Source of the DNA: Salisapilia sapeloensis CBS 127946
Lineage: Eukaryota > Protista > Oomycota
NCBI GenBank assembly: GCA_023334545.1
Contig: JAADVB010000090.1
Span: 1-64,000 of the forward strand
Reading direction: 5' to 3'
Length of the DNA: 64,000 nt
The translations under genes were made by a program, and so were the position numbers. Below the pieces are notes generated by a model, which was given only the letters and a program-made list of their open reading frames with translations, did not search any database and had not been told where the DNA came from. This document shows, one piece after another, positions 32,916-44,363 of this stretch; the stretch's first letter is position 1, and every line of letters starts with the position of its first letter.

Positions 32916-34889
32916 ATGTCGGACGGTCGATCGACGAGTAAGAAGCACAAGTCTTCCAAGCACAAGACTCGTGTATCTACAGACGAGTCGACAGCTGATG
33001 CATGGGAGAAATTCAAGTCACCAGAAGGAAAGACGTATTATTATAATCAAATTACACAAGAGAGTCGGTGGAAATTACCAAAGGAATTGCGAAAGAAGAA
33101 CAAGTCGAGTACAGCTCCTTCGACAAATACATCGGACGACAAAGATGATTCTAAACAGCAGGAAGATAAGATACAGGCGACAGGAGCTTCGAGTAAGACG
33201 GATGCGTTTAAAAAGCTACAGGCGAGTCTAGCAGGACGTGTGCAGTTTGGACAGCCGATGCAGCCTTCGAGTACCAAGCCGAGTGTCGAGAGGTCTAGTT
33301 CGATGCAGATGGAGGTGGAGAATGGACATGATGAGGAAGAGGAAGCTAATAAGTATGAGGAGGAGACGAAAGGGATGAGTGCAGCTGAACGCCTTCGTTT
33401 TCTACGTAAGAAGCGACAGGAAGAGTTGAATGGGAAGAAGAAAGAGGAGGAGGATGACTTTATGGCTGAATTTCGTCGCAATCGGGAGAAAAAGGAGGCT
33501 GAAAAGATGAAAAGTATGAGTGAAGAAGAGAGGAAGAAGATGGAGAGGCAGAAGGAGATACAGGAGCGAGAACGGAAGGAAGCAGAGGAATGGAAGAGAA
33601 AGCAGGAGATGGAAAAGCAAAGGGAGGAAGAGGAACGGAAGGAGAAAGAGAAGAAACGAATGAAAAAGCAGGAGGAAGAGAATCGGAAGAAGGAGTTGGA
33701 AGAGGAAAGAAAACGAAAGGAGGAAGAGGGTAAGAGAAAAGAAGAGGAAGAAAGGAAGAAGGAGGAAGCAAAGGAACTGGAGAGACAGCGGGAAGAGGAG
33801 GAAAAAAAGAGGAAGGAAGAGGAAGCAAAAGAAGAGGAGAAACAGCGACAAGAAGAGGAACAACGGAGAGAGTTGGAGGTAAAGGAGGCGAGTGAGAAAG
33901 AAAAGGATGACAATTTCCAAGAGAACAAGGAAGTGGACGAGACTACCGACGATACAGAAAAGGTTGACAAAGAGGAAGGAGTGGAGGAAGAGAAGGAAGA
34001 ATCGTCTAGTGATGAGGACGAGTTGCATGTTGAACCGAATCATCTAGTGGAACCAGCTACTGTAGATGAACCCATCGAGTCTCATGCCTCTGTCCATAAA
34101 GATAAAAGTCAGGAGGATGAAACGTATGCAAGTACTGATCAGCTAGAAGTGGAGCATCTATCCTCCAAGAGTGAGGTACGATCGAAACCAGACGACACGG
34201 TTTCCACCAGGTCTGGAAAAGATGTCAATAGCATGTTCCTCTTTGACTCTGAGTCAGACGATAGTGACGACGACTTCCTCGCTTCCTTCCGAAAGAGTCG
34301 ATCGGAGAAACCCAAAGCTCCAAGCGTCACGTCCGACGCATCTGACAGATCACGTCGCCATAAGAAACAGTCACAGAAGAAGCACCGACGCCATCGACGT
34401 CGATCTTCCTCTAGTTCATCCAGTAGCAGTAGTAGACATGCATATCCTCCCATGTATCCTCCCATGTCGCCGTACCCTCCGATGCCGGTCATGTACCCAC
34501 CACCATATATGCCCATGTACCCTCCTCCATACATGCCGGTGCCACCCATGCCATCCACGCAGATGACAGCGTACGTCCCACCTGTCGCGAATGTCAAGCT
34601 GACGGCGTGTGAGAACTGCGGCGGACGAGGCGTGGGCGTAGCACAGGCGAATGGCTGGTGTGGACATTGCAATCGGTTGCATCGGGAGTTTATTGTTGCG
34701 TCGACGCAGCTGCATCGTCGGTGTGCGTCGTGTGGAGGACGAGGGATTGGACTGTTGCAGCCGAATGGCAAGTGCCGACACTGTACGCGGCTGAATAAGA
34801 CGTCGCTGAGTCGGGAACTTGTGGTTTTGCCAGATAAATTCAGTACGGATGATGAATGGGATCAATCGTCTTCGGAAGAGTGGGATTAG
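32916..34889 (+). CDS. WW-domain protein with E/K/R-rich helix, Pro-rich region, Cys-rich repeats and acidic Trp-containing tail
   Basis: WW domain WEKFKSPEGKTYYYNQITQESRWKLP. Long ER/K-rich segment. Two CxxCGGRGxG...NGxCxHC units. C-terminus DDEWDQSSSEEWD. Confidence 0.85.
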   Translation: MSDGRSTSKKHKSSKHKTRVSTDESTADAWEKFKSPEGKTYYYNQITQESRWKLPKELRKKNKSSTAPSTNTSDDKDDSKQQEDKIQATGASSKTDAFKKLQASLAGRVQFGQPMQPSSTKPSVERSSSMQMEVENGHDEEEEANKYEEETKGMSAAERLRFLRKKRQEELNGKKKEEEDDFMAEFRRNREKKEAEKMKSMSEEERKKMERQKEIQERERKEAEEWKRKQEMEKQREEEERKEKEKKRMKKQEEENRKKELEEERKRKEEEGKRKEEEERKKEEAKELERQREEEEKKRKEEEAKEEEKQRQEEEQRRELEVKEASEKEKDDNFQENKEVDETTDDTEKVDKEEGVEEEKEESSSDEDELHVEPNHLVEPATVDEPIESHASVHKDKSQEDETYASTDQLEVEHLSSKSEVRSKPDDTVSTRSGKDVNSMFLFDSESDDSDDDFLASFRKSRSEKPKAPSVTSDASDRSRRHKKQSQKKHRRHRRRSSSSSSSSSSRHAYPPMYPPMSPYPPMPVMYPPPYMPMYPPPYMPVPPMPSTQMTAYVPPVANVKLTACENCGGRGVGVAQANGWCGHCNRLHREFIVASTQLHRRCASCGGRGIGLLQPNGKCRHCTRLNKTSLSRELVVLPDKFSTDDEWDQSSSEEWD

Positions 34890-35940
34890 AGTGCATGCAA
34901 TCAATGATTTTTGTCTACTCGTAGTTGTTGGATAGAGGTTAAAGATATCTCGTACGTCGGACTGATATGGTTGTGGAGAAGGCGTGTGTTGGATGCATTG
35001 GTAGCGTATATAGATGCATTTAACGGTTCCAATCGATATTTCTATCGTTGATGATTCTACCGAAGGGTTGGACTAGAAGGTGACATGTATCATGCGTGCG
35101 ATTGAGTAACCTTTAGGACCAGGAAAAGTAATTTAAATCATCGAATGTCTGGTCCACGGTAGGCACGATGCATGGAAAGTAAGGACATTGTACTGTTAGA
35201 TTCGCTACAAAGGAGCCAGAAAAGCACGAAAAGCTAATCGCGATCAGCGATGCATACATCTCCTTTCGAAAAGATGATCGCTGTAAACATGTATTTCTTG
35301 CGTCAACATCTTACATTCGTTACGTTCGATCAAGATACGGACAAGGAAGTACAGAGGTGGCAGTATTCGAGCAAGAGAAGAAGAAGAAACTTGGATAGTA
35401 TTCAAATGGAGATAGAAATAAATGTTGATTTTAAAGAACTGACATGGATATACCAGCTTCATTGTATACAAATGAAGATTGAGTTACAATTATCGTACTA
35501 GCTGCTGAGAACATACCACTTCTATTCTGATGTTTTCCAAAGGAAATGTACAGCTCAATCGATGACATGGCAAGCTGGAGTGCATTTGGAGTGTTACTAC
35601 AAAAGTACGGTGCTGCCATCAGCGTGCAGAAAGTCACGGTTGTTTGCACAGCCTTCTAGAAAGTAAGTAGCTGCTATACTAGACTAGATCGCATCAAATG
35701 ATCAACCTACGAAACGTTCTGGGCAGCCAAGTCACATGTGGTCATCTGGTCCACGACGGACGAGTACTTGAGGTACATTTGGATGGCATTTCTTCCAATC
35801 AAAACGACCTATTCATATACCAGAATTGCTTGACCTCCATCATGTAGCATCTGACTCGATCATCACTTTGCCATAAGTAATTGACAATATTACGACGTGG
35901 AAATTCCTCCCCACCTTACTTTTCCTCCTCAAGCGTGAAG

Positions 35941-38782
35941 ATGACAGTGTGGAAGACGGCACTTGTGTTCGTCGTGTCCGTGCTTGGGGTGTCAGGGCAA
36001 AGGAACAGTAAGGAGTGCTCAGCACCAAGTACACTCACCACTGGTCCCGATGTGAACACGGCAATTGCTTATGACGCAGCCTGCAATGCACGCAACTTCC
36101 GAGTGACTATTATTAAGGCTGAACGCATTCTGAACTTGTCCAGTCTCCAAATTGCCAATGTCAAGAGTTATCCGTCCGTCTACTCGCTCATACTCAGCAA
36201 TAATAACCTCCAGACGTTTCATCCGGAGGAAGAGGACACGACGACCAAGCGATTGTACAGTTTATCTATTCAATTATGTCGTAGCCATGCATGACTAACT
36301 TGTTGCATAGAGTGGCTGATCAGAATGCTATCTCGGACTTGACATCGCTCCTGTTGCCAGCCAAGCTCGACTACTTGTACGTGCATTTTTATCTCTCATG
36401 TCCGAAGAATGGCTCATGATATGGGCACGTAGGAACTTGGCGGAGAATCACATCGATACGATTCCATCTGATGCAGCTTGGCCGTCAGCGAATTACTTGC
36501 AGACACTCGTTTTAGACTCGAATAGTGTCGCTGATCTCAGTAGCGATGCGTTCCAGCCGCTCGAAAGACTCGAGCTCTTGTCCTTGGCGAACATCGGCAT
36601 CTCTAACATGGAGTCCGTCTCCTTCCCTTCTTCCCTTCAGACGCTGAACGTCAGTTCCAATCGTCTTTCCGGCATGACGAACTACACGAACCTTCCTTCC
36701 GGTCTCCAGACACTCGATTTAAGTGGAAACTGTTTATCCACGCTCCCGACTTCCCTCGGTTCTTTACAACAACTTCATACGTTAAATTTGCACGGCAATT
36801 GCATTATGTCGTTAACAGACCGTCGCTTTCCGTCCTTCCTTCGCTCACTTGACTTGGAAGGGAATCCTTTGACCAAGCTCGAGATCGCTCAAAGTGACGT
36901 CTCGATGTTCAAGAGCTTACAGACGTTTAAAATGCCTTCGAACTTTACACAAACGTGTGATTCAGAGCATGCTGAACGAACGACAGTGCAAGGCATCGAG
37001 TTATGTGTCATTCCAGACAAGTTCTGGGGCAAAACGAGTGAAGAATCGAGTGATGGGAGTGATACTAGTCAGTCGGCTAGTGGTCAAGTAGACGATGTCG
37101 TGACGGAAGCAAGTACATGGTCTAGTACGACGCTCGCGATCATCGGCATCGCGTGCGTAGCTATCGCTCTTGTGCTTTTAATTGTTGCGTTCCTCGTCTT
37201 CCGTCGTCGTCGTCATGCAAAACCTCGTGAAACGAAAGGCAGTCAAGAGTGTCTCTCGATTGAGCATGACACGACGCCGTATGAACCAGAGTACTTACGT
37301 GATCCGAACAGTTCGATTACGACGGGAGGCAATTGGGTCTTTGAGACTCCCAAGGGCGACCATAACAAGATGAGCAATGGTTCCCATGGCGTTGCAATCT
37401 TGGAAGATGAGGATACGAAACGGAAACGGAGTGAACTAGATGATCTACTCGACTACGAAATCCCGATGGACGAGGTGCTTATCCAAGAAGAGCTCGGGAC
37501 GAACTACTCTCGTAAGTCTCCTCAGACGTTACGAGGGATGAATGCAAGCACTGCTGCAGCGTCACCTACGGAGAAAACGCCGTTGCCAGTGATGAAGTAC
37601 TTGGCCGAATTCCAAGGCGCTCAAGTCGTCGTTTGTGCCTTGTCTCGAAGTGAAGCGAGGAAGAAAAAGCTTGAGAAGGAGTTTCTTGATCAAGTGCGCT
37701 TGGCTGCATCTCTCGAGCATTCGAGGCTCGTGCAATTCCTAGGTGTCACCGTCGGCAATAATAGCGACCAACAAGCGATGACCTTGGAGTGGCAGTTGGC
37801 CGCCATCTTTGAGCACATGAGTGGCGGGACGTTGTCAGCGTTATTCGCGACGCATCGTAGTCGGAGTCGAAGTCGACGCAATAGCAGTCGATCGCAGCTG
37901 GCGCCTGTCAATAGGACGTCGCAGCCATCGGTGGACCGTCGGTCGTCCACGACGTATGCAGTAGACTCATTCACGTGGTATCCTCCTGTCTTCCGAGGTA
38001 GCATGACGACGACGAATTGGAGGTGCAAGCTGTCCATCGCACTGGATGTCGCCATGGCTCTCGTCTATCTTCATAACTCGAATTTGATTCATGGTAACCT
38101 GTGTGCCGGGAATGTCATGCTGGATGAGTCTGGTATGGCGAAGCTTGCTGCTTTGGACGTCCTTCGACCGAGTAAGGACGGGAAGAACTCGAGGCTGAGT
38201 GAACTGCATTCTCTTCGAGCGACGGCCAAGGCCAAGATGAAGCAAATGGTCCGCTTCACTTCGTCTTCGCTCTCGACGTCTCAGATGCCTGGTACCAACT
38301 ATGACACGGGAGAGCACTCGATTAGTATGGAGGAACAGTCCCAGTCGCATGCGTCGGAACGTGGTGGAGCGTTGTATCAGGAGCAAAAGGAAGACATTTA
38401 TGCTTTCGGTGTCCTGTTGTGGGAACTCGATACGATGGTGAGCATCGATTCGATGAAAGATCTTGTCCGTGCGGCTGCGAATGCCGGGGAAGAGCACCAC
38501 ATGCTCAAGTTCATGAGTGACTGCCCGCCGGAAGTTTTGCTGTTAGCACGTCGGTGTTGGGAGCCGAACCCAGAGGAACGGCCGGACGCGTTAGATCTAC
38601 AGGAAGAGCTGTTGCAGCTACTGGAGGGACACTTGTCCACTGAGTCTGTCGGCAATAGGTTTGACCAGAGTGCAGTGTCGAACAGTACGACGACCTCATC
38701 CGCACAAAGCTCCGAGCCGCGAGCATCGGACGTCTCCTTTGCGTCTGATATCATCGGCTCGGAGCATGAGACGGAGATTTAA
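35941..38782 (+). CDS. Leucine-rich-repeat receptor-like (pseudo)kinase (3 exons)
   Basis: Signal peptide MTVWKTALVFVVSVLGVSG. Introns 36255-36310 and 36377-36432. LRRs (LxxLxLsxNxL), TM helix LAIIGIACVAIALVLLIVAFLVF followed by RRRR, then a kinase-like domain with degenerate catalytic motifs. Confidence 0.88.
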
Positions 38783-40569
38783 TTAAAATGTGATCTCGTT
38801 ATGGACTGTGTCTACTGCTTGTATTCTTTCTTGTGAAGTGAAAGGCACGTTGAGTCCGTATGCTTGGAAGTGGGTGCCATTGCAGACCAGATAGCTTCGC
38901 TGTGTACGGATGTTGATTCCTACCCACACCGATATCGTATGTAGAGATAAAAGCGTTAGAAGGATATGCTCTAGTTGGAAACGTACTTGGCGTAGTATGG
39001 CTTCTAGAGATCGAAATGCCTGTATAGAGTGCATGGATATGTATTAGCGTCGATTAATTTTACATCAATCGGGTTGCATTTGTAGCTATTCGCATGGGTT
39101 TCAATATCTAGGCAAATGTAGTGTTTCGATTAAAATTTGCATCCTTCTCTGCACGCAGTCGTGTGTCCTTGCTATAGTTCAGAAATACTTTGTCATCGTA
39201 AGCATGAACGATATGGAGACTGCATACTTGTGCAGCTAGTGCACCTAATTGTTACTATTCTCGCAGGTCGATCCGAAGGATATCAAGTAGGAGTGTAAGA
39301 GTCTCCTAGCGCATTGTAACCCGATACCAGAATCGATGATTAAGACAGAGGTTACTGCTATTCATAATAGATGTTGGAGTCGATCCTACTGTTTCACGCA
39401 TCTTGCTGTCAATGAAAGTAGCTATACTACGACTTTCTTTGGCACTTGGCATGAGATCAAATAAATCTAGTCAACTTGTTACCATGACAATAGTTTAGGA
39501 GGCAGATGTACAGTTGTCTACAAGTATCCATGCTGAAGGTAGAACCTACGCGTGTGAAAGTGTGGTAATAGATATAAAATGTCAGACATAGCATGTGCAT
39601 TGATTCCAACCTAAAGACTTGACACGTACTCGATAAAGCTGCTAATTTTCGCTCAGCTGTGATGTGTATTACTTTCGTCTGTTAATAAAGAAGCGTTTGA
39701 TGTGCTCACCTATCTTATACTTGCAAGCCGATTTTAATTGAGTCGAGATGCTGAAGACTTAAAGACCGCCACTACTTGTTTGAGACCGATAACCTTCCAA
39801 CCTTTCGACTTGAATGATTTAGTAACTTGGATAGTATATCGCCTGTCGACTATAGTGAAGCGGATTGGAAAGTCTGCTGCTCATCTGCTTGCATCCCAAC
39901 GGATCTATGGGTGTAATAACCTGGCGATCGTACTGCATATAAATGCCGATGCTCGTGGCACGCAAGAGTGGAAAAGTTGGCGTGCGTTCAGCACAATCGC
40001 CATCTAAACCGTACTCCATGTCCGTATAGCGAAGACTAAGAACTCCTTCCAGCTCTTTTTTGATGGTATGCCTCGAACAGAGCAAGTCGCAAAACGGGCG
40101 CAAGTCCTGTAGATATGGAAACTTGGAAGAGCAGATATGTACAGCACCAACTCGAGAGAAGATCCGCCGTTGACAGTGGAAAAGACATAATTAGAAACTT
40201 CTACATTTCATCTGCCTCTTCATTCCTCAAACGTTTCGAGCCATGGCAGAATCCTCGACAAGCATGTGTGTTAGGCGTAGTCGAGTTCAAACCCTTCATT
40301 CCATTCCTCTTTCCACTGGTCGAATTGCTAACTAGACGTTCGTCTCTCATGTGATGGGTGAGTCCTGACGTAGCTCAGCTGACAAAAAGACTTGTTCATC
40401 CAAGTTTCTATAAGCATGACGTCGTCCTCCCAGGTGCCAGTTATAACATAAGCTAGTACCGTTGTCAAGTCGAAACGCCTGGTACGATCACCCGATCCCG
40501 CTATTGACAGCTCTGCACCGTCGATCGTACATTGGGAGCACGCATTGATAACCTCGCTACCAATTGGAA

Positions 40570-43548
40570 ATGCATCGGCCAGCGCCAATAGGTCCTCCTC
40601 CAGTCGCAAGAGTAGCGTCGAATTCATCAGCCCCTCGACCCAACCGTCGTAACTCGGCCGCTCGACCGGTGTACACGGTGCTTTTGAATTTACACGTTCA
40701 GCTAAAGCAGGCGTATATAGCCAAGGACGTCAGTCCATCGGACTCCAAGTTATTTGTCCTCTTCCGGCGCAATAGCAAGGAAGTCGCTTCACAAGCAGTG
40801 CCCTGGACGGCTGGTCAGGAAGCTACGTGGGACCAGGAGCTGAATATACAGACGTCTTTGCTACGCAATCGTCGACCGCGATCGAATAGTCTAACGACCC
40901 AAGGCGAGTCGCAAAACTTTTTGAAAAAGGACTATGAGATTCTCGTCGTAGCACTCCCAAGTGAAACGGCCGTCGCGCTCTTCTCAATCGACTTTGCAGA
41001 GCTCGTGAACCAAGCACCTGCTCCATTGGGTAACTCGAACGGCGGCCACAAGAGCTTTCAGATAACGCCAGACAAGTGTCGGGATAGGGATGCTATGCTC
41101 GAGTTTGACATTGAATGGACATATACGTCGTCGACTGGTAACGGCCAAGCTGAAAATAGTTCGACCGGTCGTTCCTTTAGTAATGCTCCACCTGCGGCTC
41201 AGATTTCTGCTCAAACGCCGTCTTCCCTCGCGCAAAAGAGGTCCGATAACAACAGCTCCATGGTGAGCTCTCGGCGAGGCGCGCCGAGCGTTGCTTCTAG
41301 CAGCACGAGAGGGAGTGAGCATACGGCAGTGGACATGTGCAACCATTGCAAGACGTCCAAGCGGCGATTGGAGCGGCGAGATACACAGATTCTACAGCTC
41401 GAGACTTTTTTGAAGGAATCACAGAAGCGTATTGACGGCATCTTAGTAGAGAACGAAGAGCTGGCGCAGCGAGAACGATGCGAGACGGAGTTGGCAGCGA
41501 AACACCGGACACTTACGCTTCGAGCTCTACAGGAGCTGGAAGTTGCTGCTCAGTTCTTGCTATCTCGAGACGACGAGGAAGAAGCCATGCAACCATATAT
41601 AGGACTCGTCCAACGTTTAAAACCGCTGTATGAGGAGATCGGATACGATAATACGAGAGAAGACGAGGCGCTTGAGTCGATTAACTTTGATCAAGAGCGC
41701 GACGAAGCGTTGGAAAGGAATCGAGTGCTTCGAGAACGTCTGGAACTCTTGATCTATTCGTTCGGGAAGACACCGAAAGAGAGTCGAGAGTCTGGAATGG
41801 AGGACGGAGAGGATTATGACAATGAACCGTCTGCACCAATTGTCGATTTCACCATGCAGATGAATGCACTCGAGCGCGAGAACTTTAGTCTCAAGAGTAA
41901 GCTCGACAGTGCTCAGATTACGCTCAAGCACTATCAGACCGGCAGTGGTCCGACAAACTTTTCGACGAAAGCCGCGTCGGAAGTGTCGGAGACTTTAAGC
42001 TCTAGTAGTCAAGGTCAGCAGTCGAATATGGGTGAAGTAGAACAGCTCAAGAGTGAAAAAGAGTCTTTGCAGAAACAACTGCAGAAAGCGAATGAAGAGT
42101 TGTCGGAAATCAAGAGCAAGGGGGAGAGTAATGCCGTTGCGCCTGGGTTTTTGAATAAAATTTACATGGACGTTGGGAAAGCCAAGAGTGCTTTGGAAGA
42201 TAAAGTGAAGGAGTTGACGAGACAGCTTCAATTGGCGAATGAAGAAAACGCCAAGCTCCAGTCGAGGCTGCAGCATGAAAAGGATGACGTCTCGGATGGA
42301 GAAGACTTGCAGGCGAGGCTACAGGAAGCAGAGTCTTTGGCAGAGGAACGGAGGAAGCAGTTGGAGGAGAAGGAGAAGGAAGTGGATGCCATGATGGATG
42401 AATTGTCGAATAAGCAGCAGGATCTAGCTGTCTTAGGGATGGAGAAGAGAGAGCTGCAGCTCGAAATGGATTCGGTTTTGCGGACGCAGTTGAAAGCACA
42501 GGATCAAGCGAGTGAGATGGAGGATAAGCTAGAGAAACTGCAGAAACAAGTGAAGGAAACACCACAGGAGAAGGAAGCTCCGGCAAATCTGTCGATTTCG
42601 TCGACGCCGTCGCAAACGAATTCGAATCGGAACGGTTCGAGAGATGAAGAGCTGGAGGATATGAAGAAACAGTTGAAACTAGCTAAGCAGGAAGTGATGC
42701 AGCTACGTTATCGTAGTAACCAGTTGGAGAGTGTGCATGAGCGATTGGAAACTGCGTTAAAGGAGAAGCGATCGTTGGAAGCGAAACTGACGGCATTAGA
42801 AGGACAGCTCTATGAGCAACGTAGTCGTACGATCAGTGAGCAGAGCTTTATTCCCGATGCGCATCGAGATACTGCTGGTCTAGCAGAGCTACGACGACAA
42901 TTGGATGAAAAGAAGATGCAGTTGGAAGCAGCGGAGAAGGAGGTGGAGAGACTACAGTCTTCTAGTGGCTCCGACGATGAGTTTAACGATCTTGTGGCAA
43001 AGGTACGGAGGTTTGAAGAGGAGATTATGACGCTTACGAGTCGGAATGAGCATCAGGCAGAGAGATTGGAAGCGTTGAGTGAAGAAGTGAATGTTGTAAA
43101 GCAAGATCGAGGCGAGTTGGAGAAGATTGTGCAGCAGATGCAGCAAGAGATTGATCGTTTGTCAGTGGATGGACCAATGGATTACCATTCGTCGGAAGAT
43201 GGGTATGCACAGGAAGAACCACCGTCGTTCATATCGTCAGTCGCTGCACCGTCGCCGCCCATGACTGGTGACGATGAGGAGAAACCGCCGCCGCCTCCAT
43301 TTTCGATCGATACGTCGTTCACGCTACCCAATGCGGACGATTATGGCGACATGGACAGTCCAACTGCTGCTACGGTCGCATCTGTGGACAGTGGGCCAAC
43401 TTCGCCTGCGCAGAATTCGAATAAGCTGGCGCAGTTCTTATCACATAACGGTCCGAATGGAAGTCAGGCGACGGAGACACCTGGGAATAGCCGGTCGCAA
43501 AGGTCCTCGCGAGTGTCGGACATGATCAGGAAGTATAGTAACCAGTAG
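40570..43548 (+). CDS. NT-type C2 domain (EEIG1/EHBP1-like) + long coiled-coil protein
   Basis: The N-terminal LFVLFRRNSK...ATWDQELNIQTSL...FLKKDYEI...FSIDFAELV fits NT-C2. An extensive heptad coiled coil and a Pro/Ser-rich tail follow. Confidence 0.75.
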   Translation: MHRPAPIGPPPVARVASNSSAPRPNRRNSAARPVYTVLLNLHVQLKQAYIAKDVSPSDSKLFVLFRRNSKEVASQAVPWTAGQEATWDQELNIQTSLLRNRRPRSNSLTTQGESQNFLKKDYEILVVALPSETAVALFSIDFAELVNQAPAPLGNSNGGHKSFQITPDKCRDRDAMLEFDIEWTYTSSTGNGQAENSSTGRSFSNAPPAAQISAQTPSSLAQKRSDNNSSMVSSRRGAPSVASSSTRGSEHTAVDMCNHCKTSKRRLERRDTQILQLETFLKESQKRIDGILVENEELAQRERCETELAAKHRTLTLRALQELEVAAQFLLSRDDEEEAMQPYIGLVQRLKPLYEEIGYDNTREDEALESINFDQERDEALERNRVLRERLELLIYSFGKTPKESRESGMEDGEDYDNEPSAPIVDFTMQMNALERENFSLKSKLDSAQITLKHYQTGSGPTNFSTKAASEVSETLSSSSQGQQSNMGEVEQLKSEKESLQKQLQKANEELSEIKSKGESNAVAPGFLNKIYMDVGKAKSALEDKVKELTRQLQLANEENAKLQSRLQHEKDDVSDGEDLQARLQEAESLAEERRKQLEEKEKEVDAMMDELSNKQQDLAVLGMEKRELQLEMDSVLRTQLKAQDQASEMEDKLEKLQKQVKETPQEKEAPANLSISSTPSQTNSNRNGSRDEELEDMKKQLKLAKQEVMQLRYRSNQLESVHERLETALKEKRSLEAKLTALEGQLYEQRSRTISEQSFIPDAHRDTAGLAELRRQLDEKKMQLEAAEKEVERLQSSSGSDDEFNDLVAKVRRFEEEIMTLTSRNEHQAERLEALSEEVNVVKQDRGELEKIVQQMQQEIDRLSVDGPMDYHSSEDGYAQEEPPSFISSVAAPSPPMTGDDEEKPPPPPFSIDTSFTLPNADDYGDMDSPTAATVASVDSGPTSPAQNSNKLAQFLSHNGPNGSQATETPGNSRSQRSSRVSDMIRKYSNQ

Positions 43549-44363
43549 GAAACTTGAGAGAAGCAGTAGGATGTGTTTGGCAACCTCGCGGGGATTTTGA
43601 TCGCGAGAAGGGAATGTATTGACGTGGAGTTCCTTACGCTAGTGCTTGTACTTGTTGTTCGTAAGTGTATGCGGTATTGGAAACCTTGGAAGGTTTCTCA
43701 ATATAAAAGGGTGAAGAATGCACGTAGATGGAACCGTAGTAATACAAGATTATGTCAAAGAGAGAGAAGTTGGAAATTTGCTTAACAGCTCTATGGGATT
43801 TGATGTCAACGTTTTTGCATTACTTTCGCGTTGACACAAGAGCCGACCATCAAGTATCTGTAAACGTTTCGAAGGTACGATAGAGACCTTGGATACGACA
43901 CTAAAGTATAATATGGAGATACTTGATGCAATATTGGCGTGTCGACCAAGTTTTGTCCTACCCAGTTGAGATCAGGCAGCAACGAAGTCAATATAGAATG
44001 ATCTCAAGCGTGAATCCTGGTCAGCGACTGCATGCGATGACTAACGAAAGTCTGATCCGTGTCACCCTCTAATGGGCGCAACCCTTATTACCCACATGCC
44101 TACCACTTCTATTTATGCCTATAGACTCTACTCGTCTTACGACTCGAATATTGGATCCATTGGTGGACGATAAGAGTTCAGTCTGACCGACATCTGACAT
44201 CGGATCCCTTCTCTCGTCTTGCGTACGTATGCCAGAATTGCCAAGTCCCGCTTTTCCGCAGGTTACTTCCCATTGTCCAATTTTGGCTTCCAAGCAAGCA
44301 TTTCAGACTCGATTATCTATTCTCTCTCTCTCTACATATTCATTTTGAAAGTACACTGTACGT

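Noticed and set aside
34990-35880. Possible multi-exon minus-strand gene upstream of the LRR-RLK
   Set aside because: Trial splice combinations gave stop codons or implausibly short introns, and no homology was recognised.
43560-44290. Short ORFs between the NT-C2 and START-FYVE genes
   Set aside because: No consistent exon chain or recognisable motif; likely UTR or promoter sequence including a CT microsatellite near 44323-44335.
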